DNA from: Corallochytrium limacisporum Hawaii | Lineage: Eukaryota > Protista > Pluriformea | NCBI GenBank assembly: GCA_002811645.1 | Contig: PDIP01000087.1 | Span: 62,001 to 126,000 of the forward strand | Reading direction: 5' to 3' | Length of the DNA: 64,000 nt | The notes under the pieces: model-generated | The model's database searches: none | Told to the model about the DNA's origin: nothing | The model's input: only the letters and a program-made list of their open reading frames with translations | Program-made: the position numbers and the translations under genes | Shown here: positions 1 through 11,132 of the stretch, piece after piece | Position numbering within the stretch: the stretch's first letter is position 1 | Layout: every line of letters starts with the position of its first letter

Positions 1-1
1 A

Positions 2-649
2 GACATTGCTGCGAAACAGGAGGGAGGTACAGACTCAAGCGTGGGCTATACAGTCACCGCTGATGGCGGACTACAGAGTCTGTCTAGTTTTGAAAGAGCG
101 CCCCGATTTCGTTTCGAGCGCTACACTTCGCGCGTGGAAATGTGCACACCGGCAGAGATCGAGGATCATTTGCATCGATTGAATCTGAGATTGCAGCAAC
201 AGCCACGTGTGCGGAACGTGGGTGGCAGTGATGCGCAGCTGGAAGACATCACAGCGACGTTCACTCCCGCTCCGTTGCCATCGTCCAGCATTTTTATCCT
301 CCTTCCGGGCATTCCCTCATCGAAACAGCCGGGCGAAGTTATCCTAGAGAACCGGGGACGTTGCACAGTAAACGTCTACGGGCGGCACTTGGCCGATCCG
401 CAGAGGCCAATCACTGGCGTCGGTACTGTACGACCACAGGGGCGACTGCGCATGGCCTTCCGTCAATGTCACACTGGACCCGGCAGCACAGGACGGCCGC
501 TGTTCGGAGAATGGGCGGTGGAGGTGCAGGCATCTTCCCTCGAACACGTTACGCACGTCGCTATTCTCAAAGTCAGCGGCAGGGCCAGTGGAGGCGCTGT
601 GAATGATCTGGGCATGGTTACCGCCGCGTCCGATGTGGACGTGCTGTGA
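2..649 (+). CDS. 3' part of a protein of unknown function (ORF open to the window edge); possible C-terminal Ig-like (ASH/MSP-type) domain
   Basis: The frame is open from nt 2 to TGA at 647-649 and is followed by AT-rich 3' sequence. The pattern VILENRGRCTVNV...GTVRPQG...F...LFGEWAVEV suggests a beta sandwich (weak). Confidence 0.5.
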   Translation, partial: DIAAKQEGGTDSSVGYTVTADGGLQSLSSFERAPRFRFERYTSRVEMCTPAEIEDHLHRLNLRLQQQPRVRNVGGSDAQLEDITATFTPAPLPSSSIFILLPGIPSSKQPGEVILENRGRCTVNVYGRHLADPQRPITGVGTVRPQGRLRMAFRQCHTGPGSTGRPLFGEWAVEVQASSLEHVTHVAILKVSGRASGGAVNDLGMVTAASDVDVL

Positions 650-830
650 TATTCAAAACCTCACACCGAAACAAAACATTTGATGGCGACAGAGGGAAAA
701 CCACCGCTTTGTTCCTTCGTGTCCAAACAATGTCATTACATGAGTTGCTAGAGTTTTAAATAAAGATTAGATATGGTTGACCCACAAAAACACGCACTGT
801 GGTCAATTCCGTTCTTCCTCATATCTGTTG

Positions 831-3800
831 TCAGTCAGTGTCCGAATCAGTGTCGTCAGTGAACATCAGAGACAGATTCCGGCGGCTATACTCCGGCTGT
901 GACGATTCATGGTCCTCGTCATCGTCCATCGCGAAGCTCTCCTGTGTGCTCGGCTGTGAATGAGCCTGCTGCAGTGGACTGGAGGTTGGCATGGCGCCGG
1001 GCTGACGGTAGCCGCCAAAAAATTCCTGTGCAAACGGCGACGGGTGCGTCGCAGGTGATCCCTCGAAATGTAGATCGTTTCCTCCGGTGCTGTGCTGCAC
1101 CTCTTCATCCTGGGACGAAGACGCCGCGTCGAAATCATCAAAGAGTTCGCGCCGTGGGGTACGGCCGTTCTTCGCTGTTGTGCCGCCGGCTGCAGTGACC
1201 TTCGTCGCTATAGACGACCGCGCTGCGGTGTGGTCCTCGAGCAGTGCCTCACCAACCCCGGTTGTCGCAGCGCGGCCGGATCGTGGGTGCACCCAAAGTT
1301 TTGAGTCCGACATTGATCCGCGGTTGGCCATGACTGCCGCTGTGCTTGATGTGCCGTCGCGGATAGCTTTCCAGGGGGTTGACATGGTTGGGCATGGTGA
1401 AGCAGGTGGATTGTGCCCCGAGTGTTGGAGTTGCTGTCCCTGTGGTTGGGTGAGGTAGCGACGTGGTGCGGGAGAATTCCGAGACGGCACGGATACCGTC
1501 GACGGACGGCGCGGCAGTGATGCAACGGATGAGGACGATGTTGAGGGCGATGACCCAGGGATCGCCATGGGAATGGTTGGTATACCCTTGCCGATCGAAT
1601 TCGGCACCATTGATGCGGAAGCTGAGCCACCTGACATGGTCACCCTTTGTTGCTGCCTAAGCAAACTGTTCGCGTCCGGAGATGGTGTGACACTGAAATC
1701 CAAGGGTCCTTTAAGCCCGAAAGGTTCTGATGGTTCACGCCAGAGGACATCACCATTGGACGACGGCGTCTGACTGTTCTGCTGCTGTAGTTGACCGCCT
1801 GTGCGATCTCCATGCCCCTGGCTCTGACCGTAGAGCAAAGCACTGTCCGTGGTGCGGAAGTTGTGGTTTAATCCTGGAGACAAACTCGGTGGTGGTTGCT
1901 GACGCGTTGATGAGGAGCCTTGGACGCTGCTGCCGCCAACGCTTCCGCTTGCAAAAGACCCGAGTGGGCTGGGACTGTTATGCGCTCCAACACTATCTCG
2001 CCGCGCTGGCTTATTTGCCTCAGACAGTGGTTCCATGACTGAATTCAACTGTGAGAGGTAGTGTCCGTGAATGGCAGGAGAATCGCCTACTGTTGAGCCA
2101 GGCGAGCGGCCCTGCGCCATCGTCCATGGCCGTCCATGGCCACCGATGCGGGCTCTGCTGCTGTCAAAGGCTTCACTGTCACCGAATAGTCCAGCAAAGT
2201 AGGCCGCTACTGTGGCGGCCAGCGCGGCCATTGCGGCCCAAACGGCGGCCAGTGCGGCCGTCCACGCGGCAGGATCAACGAGTGATCGTCCAAAGCGTCG
2301 AAGTGCTCGTGGACTGACCCAACGTCCAACTGAATATCTCCATTCTTCCTGCTTCAACATTGCCGTCAGCTCCCCCACGCAGCAGTCGATAGTCGGACGT
2401 TGGAGCTGGTGTGGACTGAGACAGGTCCGGATCAGTGCCTCCAATGCTGGTGGCATAATCCGTTCGGTTTGGTGGCCGCTGGTCATGTGGTTGCCAACGG
2501 GGGAACAGAACCAGGCGTCCGGAATGACACCACTACGCAATTCGTGCCATTCCGCACCTCGTCCGGGTACGCGCTGGCCGCGCGCAATTTCCAAGAGGGT
2601 CATGCCAAGCGCAAATACATCGCTCCATGGTCCCACTGTCGTAGTGGCCCCCTGTGTGTGACCATTCAAACCAGTCCCGTCACTGTCAGCATCACCTTCG
2701 TGGCCGTAATCTTGACCATTGCTGCTATCCAGGAACTCCTTCCCAATGTATGGCCCGTCGCCGATGCCGTCGGGTAAGTGAGGGTCGTCAATGTGGAGAG
2801 CAACTCCGAAATCGCCCAACTTGGCACGATACCGCAGAGGAGACTGATGCTGACGACAATTCCACGATGACTTATTGCTATTGCTATTTCCCCGTTTGAG
2901 GTCGTGATCTTCAACGTCCGCGGGCCAAAGAGCTCTATCATTGGCCGGTTTGACACCCATCATCACCGTAGAATTGGTCCATGTGTTGGTATCGAAGAGA
3001 AAAACGTTTCCCGGCTTGACGTCGAGGTGAACATACCCTTTCCTATGCATGTGCTGGATACCAGTCGCAATATCCAGACCAAAGCGAAGCAAGTCTAGTA
3101 CATGCGGCCGTTCCCGGTACTCCTGAAGATGGCTTACCATGCTCTCCAACGATCCCGTTGCCTTCTCCATTTGAATATACAGGAAGCCGTTCTCTTCCCA
3201 TGCGCGGAAGAGGCGCAAGATATTCTCGTGACCAATAATCTTGAGCCACGTTGCGACCTCCTTTAAGGCCTCCTGCTTATGCGGCCTTGATGCAAACCGC
3301 CGCTTACTGACCTTTACAGCGTACACACCGCCGTCATCTCGAGACCGGACGTGGTAGACACAGCCAAAGGATCCCTGGCCGAGGACATCTACGGTGTCAA
3401 AGCACTGATCCAGGTAGCTCTGCGGACTGTCCGCATTATACAAGGGACTGTCCACCGCCATAAGTGAAGATGTCGTGGAATTTTGCTGCTGCTGCGGTGA
3501 CGACCAGGACAGGGACGAATGTGAAGACTGTGCCGGTGACGTTCCCGTTGTTGATGACATGTAACTAATGTGCTGGTGGCTCGTATGTTGCTGTTCCCTC
3601 CACTCGGCGTAGGTTCTGTAGATATCTGTGCTAGACCCCATGGTCTTCGGCCCTGTCCCGGGAGACAGGTATTGCATGAATGCCCGGAAAAAATGAGGCG
3701 ACGACAGTGACCTGTCGGACTGTGTGGATGCTGTGCTGTCATGTTCGTAGGACTGTCCCATTCCGACGTGGTCTGGGCTCTGATACGGACTGTGGCCGTG

Positions 3801-4634
3801 GGCCCGTTGCGATGGGTCTATCTGCTGTCGATACGGAGACTGCGATGTTCTCATTGCAGTCGTCGCCAATGATTTTGATGAAGCTGCAAGTAGTGACGAA
3901 GCCCGCATCGGTGCTGTTGGTGACAACCGCGAGTTTACTTGGGGAGATGAACAACCACCGTTCTGCTGTGTCACGATTTCTTCCTGAGCGTTTTCCATGC
4001 CAAAAACATTCGCGCGTTCTTCCAAAAACGCGTCCACCTGCGACAAGTTGATTTCCTTGGCTTTTGGACTGATATACGACGGCATTCGGCGGTTCAGACC
4101 GAGCCGAGACACTGGTGTGGAGCCTTTGGCAGGGCCTTCCGGTACCTTTCCGCCGGCCCCCGTCTTAGGTGCATCTTTGAGGGTAACCTGTCGATCAAAA
4201 CTGACGCCACCGCTCCTGCGAGAACCAGCACTGGGCAAACGTGGACCCGACTTTCCGACAGATCCATTAGTTTGTGACTGATGTGCAGCCATAGCAGCTG
4301 CCAAGGCAGGAAATCGTTTGACCGGATGGTTGTCGTTGATAAACTCAATTCCCGCGTTATTCGTGTAAGTTTTGTTGGTGCTTGCCTCTGTGTTGGTGAT
4401 GGAGGTCCTTAGCCTGCGCCTAGTAGCAACTGCACTTGGGTCCATGTTTTCATTGCTAATAGTTGACGAGCGGATTAGTGTCGGTCGTCCCGGAGGTACG
4501 CTTACATTTTCTGAAGCCTTTGATTCTGTATTCTCGTCCTTGCGTGGTTCTTTGTTTTGTAAATGGTTTGTCCGTAATGGATCCCTGCTCTGTGTGGCGG
4601 GCAGGAATGGATTGTACGGCTGCTCCCCGTCCAT
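831..4634 (-). CDS. PKMYT1: Myt1/Wee1-family Cdk1-inhibitory kinase, membrane-associated (PKMYT1-like)
   Basis: Kinase motifs LGQGSFGCVY, YAVKVS, HLDVKPGN, KLGDFG, GDGPY, SDVFALG and WHELRSG. The segment YLDQCF...RSRDDGGVYAVK is Myt1-like. A hydrophobic segment follows the kinase domain. Confidence 0.8.
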   Translation of the reverse strand: MDGEQPYNPFLPATQSRDPLRTNHLQNKEPRKDENTESKASENVSVPPGRPTLIRSSTISNENMDPSAVATRRRLRTSITNTEASTNKTYTNNAGIEFINDNHPVKRFPALAAAMAAHQSQTNGSVGKSGPRLPSAGSRRSGGVSFDRQVTLKDAPKTGAGGKVPEGPAKGSTPVSRLGLNRRMPSYISPKAKEINLSQVDAFLEERANVFGMENAQEEIVTQQNGGCSSPQVNSRLSPTAPMRASSLLAASSKSLATTAMRTSQSPYRQQIDPSQRAHGHSPYQSPDHVGMGQSYEHDSTASTQSDRSLSSPHFFRAFMQYLSPGTGPKTMGSSTDIYRTYAEWREQQHTSHQHISYMSSTTGTSPAQSSHSSLSWSSPQQQQNSTTSSLMAVDSPLYNADSPQSYLDQCFDTVDVLGQGSFGCVYHVRSRDDGGVYAVKVSKRRFASRPHKQEALKEVATWLKIIGHENILRLFRAWEENGFLYIQMEKATGSLESMVSHLQEYRERPHVLDLLRFGLDIATGIQHMHRKGYVHLDVKPGNVFLFDTNTWTNSTVMMGVKPANDRALWPADVEDHDLKRGNSNSNKSSWNCRQHQSPLRYRAKLGDFGVALHIDDPHLPDGIGDGPYIGKEFLDSSNGQDYGHEGDADSDGTGLNGHTQGATTTVGPWSDVFALGMTLLEIARGQRVPGRGAEWHELRSGVIPDAWFCSPVGNHMTSGHQTERIMPPALEALIRTCLSPHQLQRPTIDCCVGELTAMLKQEEWRYSVGRWVSPRALRRFGRSLVDPAAWTAALAAVWAAMAALAATVAAYFAGLFGDSEAFDSSRARIGGHGRPWTMAQGRSPGSTVGDSPAIHGHYLSQLNSVMEPLSEANKPARRDSVGAHNSPSPLGSFASGSVGGSSVQGSSSTRQQPPPSLSPGLNHNFRTTDSALLYGQSQGHGDRTGGQLQQQNSQTPSSNGDVLWREPSEPFGLKGPLDFSVTPSPDANSLLRQQQRVTMSGGSASASMVPNSIGKGIPTIPMAIPGSSPSTSSSSVASLPRRPSTVSVPSRNSPAPRRYLTQPQGQQLQHSGHNPPASPCPTMSTPWKAIRDGTSSTAAVMANRGSMSDSKLWVHPRSGRAATTGVGEALLEDHTAARSSIATKVTAAGGTTAKNGRTPRRELFDDFDAASSSQDEEVQHSTGGNDLHFEGSPATHPSPFAQEFFGGYRQPGAMPTSSPLQQAHSQPSTQESFAMDDDEDHESSQPEYSRRNLSLMFTDDTDSDTD

Positions 4635-5096
4635 GATTATTCGACGTGATCCGGTGTTATTGAATGCAGATATTTGTTGCTATTCCCAGTTTCCGAAACT
4701 ATTAAATAAATGCTTTCCTAGGTTCCAGTGAAGAACATATTTTTCATTTTGTCCCATTCGCGTCAGCAAATAACACCCTTGTTCCTTCGCGACCTTTACT
4801 GCTCGTGGCATACCACGTCATCACTTTTCTTTTGATCACAGCAATCCTCAGGTACCTTGCCATACTTTCTCCGATTGATGTACTCGCCCACTTACACAAA
4901 CGAATCAGTTCGGTCTGTTTATGAAGAGACGAGATGATAGATAACGACATCCCAGAACGGGGAGGCCTCTTTCAGGTCATCAGCTGTTCTTAAGGATCCC
5001 AGTACCGAAAAGAAGGGGAAAATCCACGGAGCTCGCTATCCCCCCTTCCCTTCTCTCCTCTGCTCCCCCGAGACCCGCCGGGTCCGGGCCCAAACC

Positions 5097-5108
5097 TTTC
5101 GCGCGAAA
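5097..5108. promoter_or_regulatory. Palindromic double E2F-type site TTTCGCGCGAAA upstream of the Myt1-like kinase (second site TTTGGCGC at 5288-5295)
   Basis: Exact TTTSSCGC consensus on both strands, about 460 nt upstream of the ATG. Confidence 0.5.
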
Positions 5109-5505
5109 TTTGTTGGGGTAGTCTCGCTACCGGGTGTGCTGGGAGGAGGGGGACAGCGTTTCGAGGTGACCCCCCATCCGCCCGGGTGGGGGGAGGGAGG
5201 CTGTCTTCAATTTTGGCCCCCCATTTTTCTATCGGCGGAGTCTCTTTTCTTCCCACTTTGACGGTCTGACGCGAACTTGGGCTAAATTTTGGCGCGTGAA
5301 TAGGGGCCTATTTTAGGTGTGGATGGTGGGAGGTTTCCCGGGGTATGGAGAGCCGGTCCGGCCTGCCCGGCTACATACAAAGGGTTGATGAATGGTTTGA
5401 GATGGATCTATGGTATGTGTATTGACACGTGGATGATGGATGGATGAGTGTATGGATGGATGATGGTTACATGCCCACGCATGTAGCAGGTAACGATGGA
5501 TATGT

Positions 5506-6285
5506 CTATGATTCTGACGCGGGACACACTGATTTTTGCTTGCGCAGGATGAGCATTTTGACTGGCATGAGTTCTTCCGGCATGTGCTCCTGCCACATTT
5601 CCGAAACGACCTCAAGCTCAGCCTTGTGGAAGAGTGCGTTATACGATGACTCAGATCGGACATGAAAAGAGGATGCAAAGTCCTTGTTGGAGTCGGAGTC
5701 AAGACCTCGGTAAGGATTTTTGCCGTTACTCATGTTCTCCTTGACAAATACGATTCCCCGGCCTGGCTCAAGGTGGTCGCTTGCTTTCTTCAGGACTTCA
5801 GCAAGGTCATCGTCCAATAGATGCCCCATGACGTACTGCAGAAGCATGAAGTCGTATGTGTTGCAGCAGGGCTGACCCCACTCGTAGTCGGTGATCGAGC
5901 AGCAGTGATGCCTGAAGCAGAGTTTCTTCGCATTTGGTAATTCAGCATTGATCTTCTCGCATTTTTTGATCAATTTCTCTGATAGTTCAACAATGTGGAC
6001 GTGAGGAATGTTCAGTCGCTCAACAAGAAGATCACGCGTTACCCTACCGATGCCTGCACCGAGGTCAAGCCCGTTCTTGAAAGGACCGTGATCCTTGAGA
6101 AATTTGAAGCTGGTCTCAACATCAAGGTCTTTAGTATGTTCATATCCACCAAGCATACTCTGGTCCGTTGGATCACAGCTCTCCCAGAACCTCTGTGCCG
6201 AAGCGTACCATTGTTTTCGCTTCTTCGGCGGCAGGGTCCCTTTGGACTTGGGCTTGCGTTTGGCCGAGCCTGTGGCTCCGGGCAT
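5506..6285 (-). CDS. NTMT1: Alpha-N-terminal protein methyltransferase (NTM1/METTL11 family)
   Basis: WY..A..FW, MLGGY, DVETS..FL, LDLGAGIGRVT, QYVMGHLLDDD, VKEN and PEELMPVKM. Confidence 0.85.
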   Translation of the reverse strand: MPGATGSAKRKPKSKGTLPPKKRKQWYASAQRFWESCDPTDQSMLGGYEHTKDLDVETSFKFLKDHGPFKNGLDLGAGIGRVTRDLLVERLNIPHVHIVELSEKLIKKCEKINAELPNAKKLCFRHHCCSITDYEWGQPCCNTYDFMLLQYVMGHLLDDDLAEVLKKASDHLEPGRGIVFVKENMSNGKNPYRGLDSDSNKDFASSFHVRSESSYNALFHKAELEVVSEMWQEHMPEELMPVKMLILRKQKSVCPASES

Positions 6286-6785
6286 CTTTCCACTTTCAAC
6301 AAATCCGCTGGCACAGCCCAGAGTACTCTAGTCCACCAAGGCAGCTGAACTCTTCAGGTTCGTGAACTTCAATACCATTCCTCTTGTCCCCAAGGCCCTA
6401 GGTCTCCTGGGTTTGAACGCTCGGGGCGAAGAACCAAGGTGCGGAAACAGAGGGGGATCCCCCTCCCCAGCCTCTCCTTGGGACCCCAGGGGTCCCGCCC
6501 AATCTGTGCGAATCCCCGAAATAACGACAGTTTGCCCAATCAGGGGAACCGCAGTTGAAAATTTTGATACCGCGGGTGGGCACCCAAATCTCTGCTCCCT
6601 GGGCTGGGTGCCCAAAAGAAAGAAACAATCAGAGGCCACCTCTTGCACGGAAGGGTCCCGAGGTGAACCCCTCAGCCCTGTCCTCGCCTAAAGGGTGTCG
6701 CCCGTCGTCCTGCCCAATGGAAGCAGCAGCCCGGGGGTGGGACTCATCTGTCTCGTGCAGTTGGTGGGTCTTTCTGCACCAGCGG

Positions 6786-6792
<7 letters not shown>

Positions 6793-6875
<83 letters not shown>
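6793..6875. repeat. (CT)n microsatellite of about 40 units with one interruption
   Basis: Read directly from the sequence. Confidence 0.95.
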
Positions 6876-6877
<2 letters not shown>

Positions 6878-7658
6878 GTACCTCTCGCTATATAGCGCTC
6901 TCCCGGCCGTCTCTCTCACGCCCTCGCGCTCTCGGTGTGTCTCTCTCCCGCGCGTTCCCCAGGTTGCTCTTCTTAGCACCGTTATACCTACGGTCTTTAT
7001 GAAAAATGAAGTGTTGGCATTTTGTATGAATTAAGGTGGCTTTCCTCCGATGCGTTTCTTCCAAGTTTCCCTATGAGTTCATATATTTACTTAGGAAGCG
7101 TATGATTTCAAAGCTCTGATAAGGTGTCCCAATTCGGCTTATGTCTCGGTGGCCCTGATGCTTCGCATCTCTGTGTCACTCGTGATCTTTGTCGTTCTTC
7201 TTTTCACACACCGACGACACCTCTTCCTTCCCTTTCCAATACCAACTTTTTCCTTTCCTTACCTCCCACACCGTGGGGGAGGAGGGGTGCGGGGCAGGCT
7301 TTGTGTTGTTCTGACCAATGGAAGCAGCATGGGGAGCTTGTTGTCCCAGTAGATCCAGATGCAGTGGGAGTTGGACTCTGGGTCCCATCCCGAGAGGGAC
7401 CGGGGCACATACGGCTGGGGCAAGGGTGGTGTACTTGGGACAGGGGTAGTGCATCGTCAGCCCTTACCACTTCCTCGTCACGGTGTTCTTTGCCTGCACG
7501 AAAAGGGTACAACTTAGAAGCATGTCTCACAAGTGGCAGCATTGTATGTTAAATCAAGAGAGTGAAACTAGCTAAGTGGCAGAACGCCCTTCGGCATAGA
7601 CAGCTGGGTTTCAAAACCTAGGTTGTGGAGTAGTAGATCTGGAACAACCTTGCGAACC

Positions 7659-8741
7659 ATGGGTACTTTAAATCATTCTTCGGCTTCAACGATGCAGGCG
7701 TTGAGTCGGCCGCGGTCGATCGCTCTGGGTCTGCTGGCCTTAACGCTGGTACTACTGCTCTGGCAAATGCAACATCAGATGGAAGAAGAACCAGACTTCC
7801 TAGGCCGAATTGCCTCAGACCATGCCATGCCAAAGGCATTGATCGTGACTTCGGCTAACAAGGGTTTTGATGACATGGTGTTTAACTGGCATCTAAGTTT
7901 AAATGGTCTTGAAAAGTTGTATCGTATTTCTTTGCCGCACAAGGCCATTGTTGAGGACTGCGGGAGCTGCGACCACTTTAAAAAATTGCTTGGGGAAGAA
8001 TTTGTAATTTGCGACCTCTGCAGCAATACTCTCTCGGGAAACGCAGAACATTTCGGTGATAAGGCATATCAAGAAATTACATATCGGCGCCCAAAGCACC
8101 TCATGCATATTTTCGAAAGCGGAGTAGAGCTGCTCATGTGGACTGATTCGGACTCGGTCTTTATGGATGATCCTTGGTCGGACTGGAGGAGACGGAAGGA
8201 GGAGGATCCGCAAATTCGCGCTCTCACAACCGTTGATTCATTTCACAAGAGCTTTGATCTCGCGAACAAATCCGGTAGACAACTAGTTGACGAAGCCGAA
8301 CAGGGAAGTTTGTTCCAAAACGTTTGCAGCTGTCTCATCGTCCTGGAAGCGACCCCGTCTGAGCCCGCTCAGGGTGAGCAAGAGGCTGAAAAAGAGACAC
8401 AGCCCTTCGTGTACAAACTACTGGAGGATTGGAAGAATAAAGTGGGCCCTAACGACTCTGGCGACCAGGTCGCATGGGCTAAGGTTTGGTTCCAGAACCG
8501 CCGCGACAAGAGAATACGGCTCGGGGACCCGGAGCGCTACTGCGGTGGATGGATCAGAAATAACAACCTTTGTCAAAAGCCATTGTGGGGCCACGTCAAC
8601 TGGATCGTTGGGCACGACACCAAGGTGCGCCATCTATACGAATTAGGCCTTTGGCAAAGCCCGTTCTGTCGGTTGAAGGACCAAGTGACGATGCCATGCA
8701 TGCCCGCCCTCATGCCCAAAAAATACAATGGGCACACATAA
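7659..8741 (+). CDS. Type II membrane glycosyltransferase, nucleotide-diphospho-sugar transferase (GT77-like)
   Basis: N-terminal TM helix (IALGLLALTLVLLLW), SANKGFDDMVFNW, FG..AY..IT.RRP, DxD motif WTDSDSVFMDDPW, GDQVAW and HVNWIVG..TK. First ATG is at 7659. Confidence 0.75.
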   Translation: MGTLNHSSASTMQALSRPRSIALGLLALTLVLLLWQMQHQMEEEPDFLGRIASDHAMPKALIVTSANKGFDDMVFNWHLSLNGLEKLYRISLPHKAIVEDCGSCDHFKKLLGEEFVICDLCSNTLSGNAEHFGDKAYQEITYRRPKHLMHIFESGVELLMWTDSDSVFMDDPWSDWRRRKEEDPQIRALTTVDSFHKSFDLANKSGRQLVDEAEQGSLFQNVCSCLIVLEATPSEPAQGEQEAEKETQPFVYKLLEDWKNKVGPNDSGDQVAWAKVWFQNRRDKRIRLGDPERYCGGWIRNNNLCQKPLWGHVNWIVGHDTKVRHLYELGLWQSPFCRLKDQVTMPCMPALMPKKYNGHT

Positions 8742-8921
8742 AACTCAGAAAATTAAAAACAGTGAAGAACTCATGGATTGTGTTTATTTAATTTCTGTTT
8801 CAGGAGCACTGCAACCGTATGCATAGGAACACCGATGGGAGCGACACCTGTGTAAGTGGGTGCAGGTGTTTCCTCGTGTGTAACGCTGCTTGCTCTCTGC
8901 AGCTAACCATACTACACGTCT

Positions 8922-10097
8922 TCATTGCCGACGGGCCTTGACGGCATCAGCCAGAACCTGCAGCATCTCGTCTGTGGTGTCAAGGTTCACGCACGCATCT
9001 GTGACGGACACGCCGTACTCCGGCTTCACGCCCGGCTTCAGGCTTTGCTTGCCCTCCTTAATATTTGATTCGATCATCACACCAAAGATCTGCTTGTTGC
9101 CCGCTGCCACCTGTCGTGCAACTTCTGCGCTGACTTGAGGCTGATTCTTATGGTCCTTGCGGCTATTGTCGTGGCTGCAATCAACCATCAGGCTTGGATT
9201 ATCGACTTTCTTGGCCTCCAGCGTCTTCAGATAGCCCTGGACATGCTCCTCCGAATAGTTGGGACCGGTCTTGCCTCCCCTTAGAATCACATGACAGTAC
9301 GGATTGCCCGACGTCCGCACAACGGCACACAGGCCCTCCTTGGTGGCACCCATGAAGTGATGTTCATGTTTAGCACTGCTGATGGCATCGACAGCGACCT
9401 GAAGATCACCCGATGTAGCATTCTTAAAGCCAACAGGACAACTGAGACCAGAGGCGAGCTGACGGTGGAGCTGGGATTCAGTAGTGCGGGCACCAATGGC
9501 GCCCCAGCTGACCAAATCGGAGATGTACTGAGGACTGATGGTGTCCAGGTACTCCACACCTGCCGGTAGGCCCAAAGATGCGACGTGGAGGAGGACAGAG
9601 CGGGCCAGACGCAGGCCCTTGTTGATCTGATAAGAGTCGTCCAGATCGGGATCGTTAATTAGTCCCTTCCAGCCGATGGTTGTGCGGGGCTTCTCAAAGT
9701 ACACACGCATCACTATAATCAGTTCTGACCGAAACTTGACGGCGAGCTCCTTGAGCTTAGCGGCATAGTCCTTGGCCAGTTGCTCGTCGTGGATGCTGCA
9801 TGGTCCCACAATCACCACCAAACGGTCGTCATTGCCAGTCAAAGCGTCAATGATGGCCTCACGCGCGAGAGTCACACCCCCGATAACGCCTTCCGGAGCT
9901 GGGAGCTCCTCCAGGAGAATCTGGGGCGGGATCAGAGGATCGATTTTCTTCACCCGCACGTTATCAGTGCGGCACTGCGAGTCCGGAATTGACTGACCGT
10001 TGACAGCAACCTTGCGACGCTTCGGTCCATTTGAGGATTCGTCGTCCTGCAGTTTGGCTGCATCGTAGACGGTAGTGATAGGTTGTTCGCTGCTCAT
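8922..10097 (-). CDS. ARO3: Class I-alpha DAHP synthase (phospho-2-dehydro-3-deoxyheptonate aldolase; AroF/G/H, yeast Aro3/4 family)
   Basis: VGPCSIHD, MRVYFEKPRTTIGWKGLINDP, IGARTTESQLHR, GFKN, DCSHDNS and YGVSVTDAC. Confidence 0.95.
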   Translation of the reverse strand: MSSEQPITTVYDAAKLQDDESSNGPKRRKVAVNGQSIPDSQCRTDNVRVKKIDPLIPPQILLEELPAPEGVIGGVTLAREAIIDALTGNDDRLVVIVGPCSIHDEQLAKDYAAKLKELAVKFRSELIIVMRVYFEKPRTTIGWKGLINDPDLDDSYQINKGLRLARSVLLHVASLGLPAGVEYLDTISPQYISDLVSWGAIGARTTESQLHRQLASGLSCPVGFKNATSGDLQVAVDAISSAKHEHHFMGATKEGLCAVVRTSGNPYCHVILRGGKTGPNYSEEHVQGYLKTLEAKKVDNPSLMVDCSHDNSRKDHKNQPQVSAEVARQVAAGNKQIFGVMIESNIKEGKQSLKPGVKPEYGVSVTDACVNLDTTDEMLQVLADAVKARRQ

Positions 10098-11132
10098 TTT
10101 GATCTCTATTCTGTACTACTTACACCCGGGTAATGACTGTTATAGTTTCCCGTACGTGTCAATAGCGACCAGCTTGTGAACTTTTTTGATTGCTTCCAGA
10201 AATACCTTCGCTCTTCGCATACTAGTGATCACAACACAGTTCACTGCGAAGTCGCGTATCCAATAAGAAAGTGGGTGTTTGCTGTCGTCAGCAACTTGTG
10301 AATCGATTCAGAAGACCTCTAAGACTTCTCTTACAAGTTCACGAACACGCACACGGAAACACGGACCGAAGAACACACGAGACACTCAGGTGGCCTCGAG
10401 TAAAGGAGCAGCCCCACGCAGGTGTACCTACGCGACCTGCCAACCGTACTGATGCTGCGGTTGTGTACAGGGTACCAGTGCCAGCGGAAAGACATGTCTG
10501 TATATCCCACCTCCTCTCCGACACCAACACTCAACAAAGGCACACGGGCCCAGTCGCTGTGACGAGAAAAAGTTGAGAGATCGCCGGGCCGTTTGAAACT
10601 CGTGCTGAACCATCTCTACCACCGCCCCATCTCTGCCAGGAGTACCGGGTTCACATCCGGGTCATGTTCCGCACACCATCGATGCGGCACAATTGTCTCG
10701 TTTCAGATCAATTAAGGTTCACATACTGACTACACGCAATCCACGGAATTGAACTTCGTAGAGGTATGGTGAACACCATGCTGACTCTCGGTTACAGGGC
10801 GCCCACACAGCTGAATCGGCTACGGAACATAGGGAAATCGGGAGAAAAGCCATCCCACATGCGGAATTCATGAATCCGGAAACCACACTCCCCCTGGAAA
10901 ACAAAACTAAAACCTTCCCAGGTCAGCAAAAGCAAATCCAGCCGTCCCATATTTTATGATTCATGGTAAGTTGAAATACAGCGATTTCGGAGGGGGAGGA
11001 GAAAGGGACCAAGCGGGTTCGAAATTAACCCTTCGCGTTCGAAAATTGATCACGATGTGTCTGTGTAGTTTTCAGGGCAACTCAACGGGTGTCCGTTGGC
11101 TACCATAAGACATGTTCTAAGATGATTTACTA

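Noticed and set aside
6555-7034. ORFs with (SL)n or (RE)n runs
   Set aside because: These are translations of the CT microsatellite.
11014-11047. GGTTCGAA B-box-like motifs (also at ~32853)
   Set aside because: No cloverleaf, A-box or acceptor stem could be built, so no tRNA was called.
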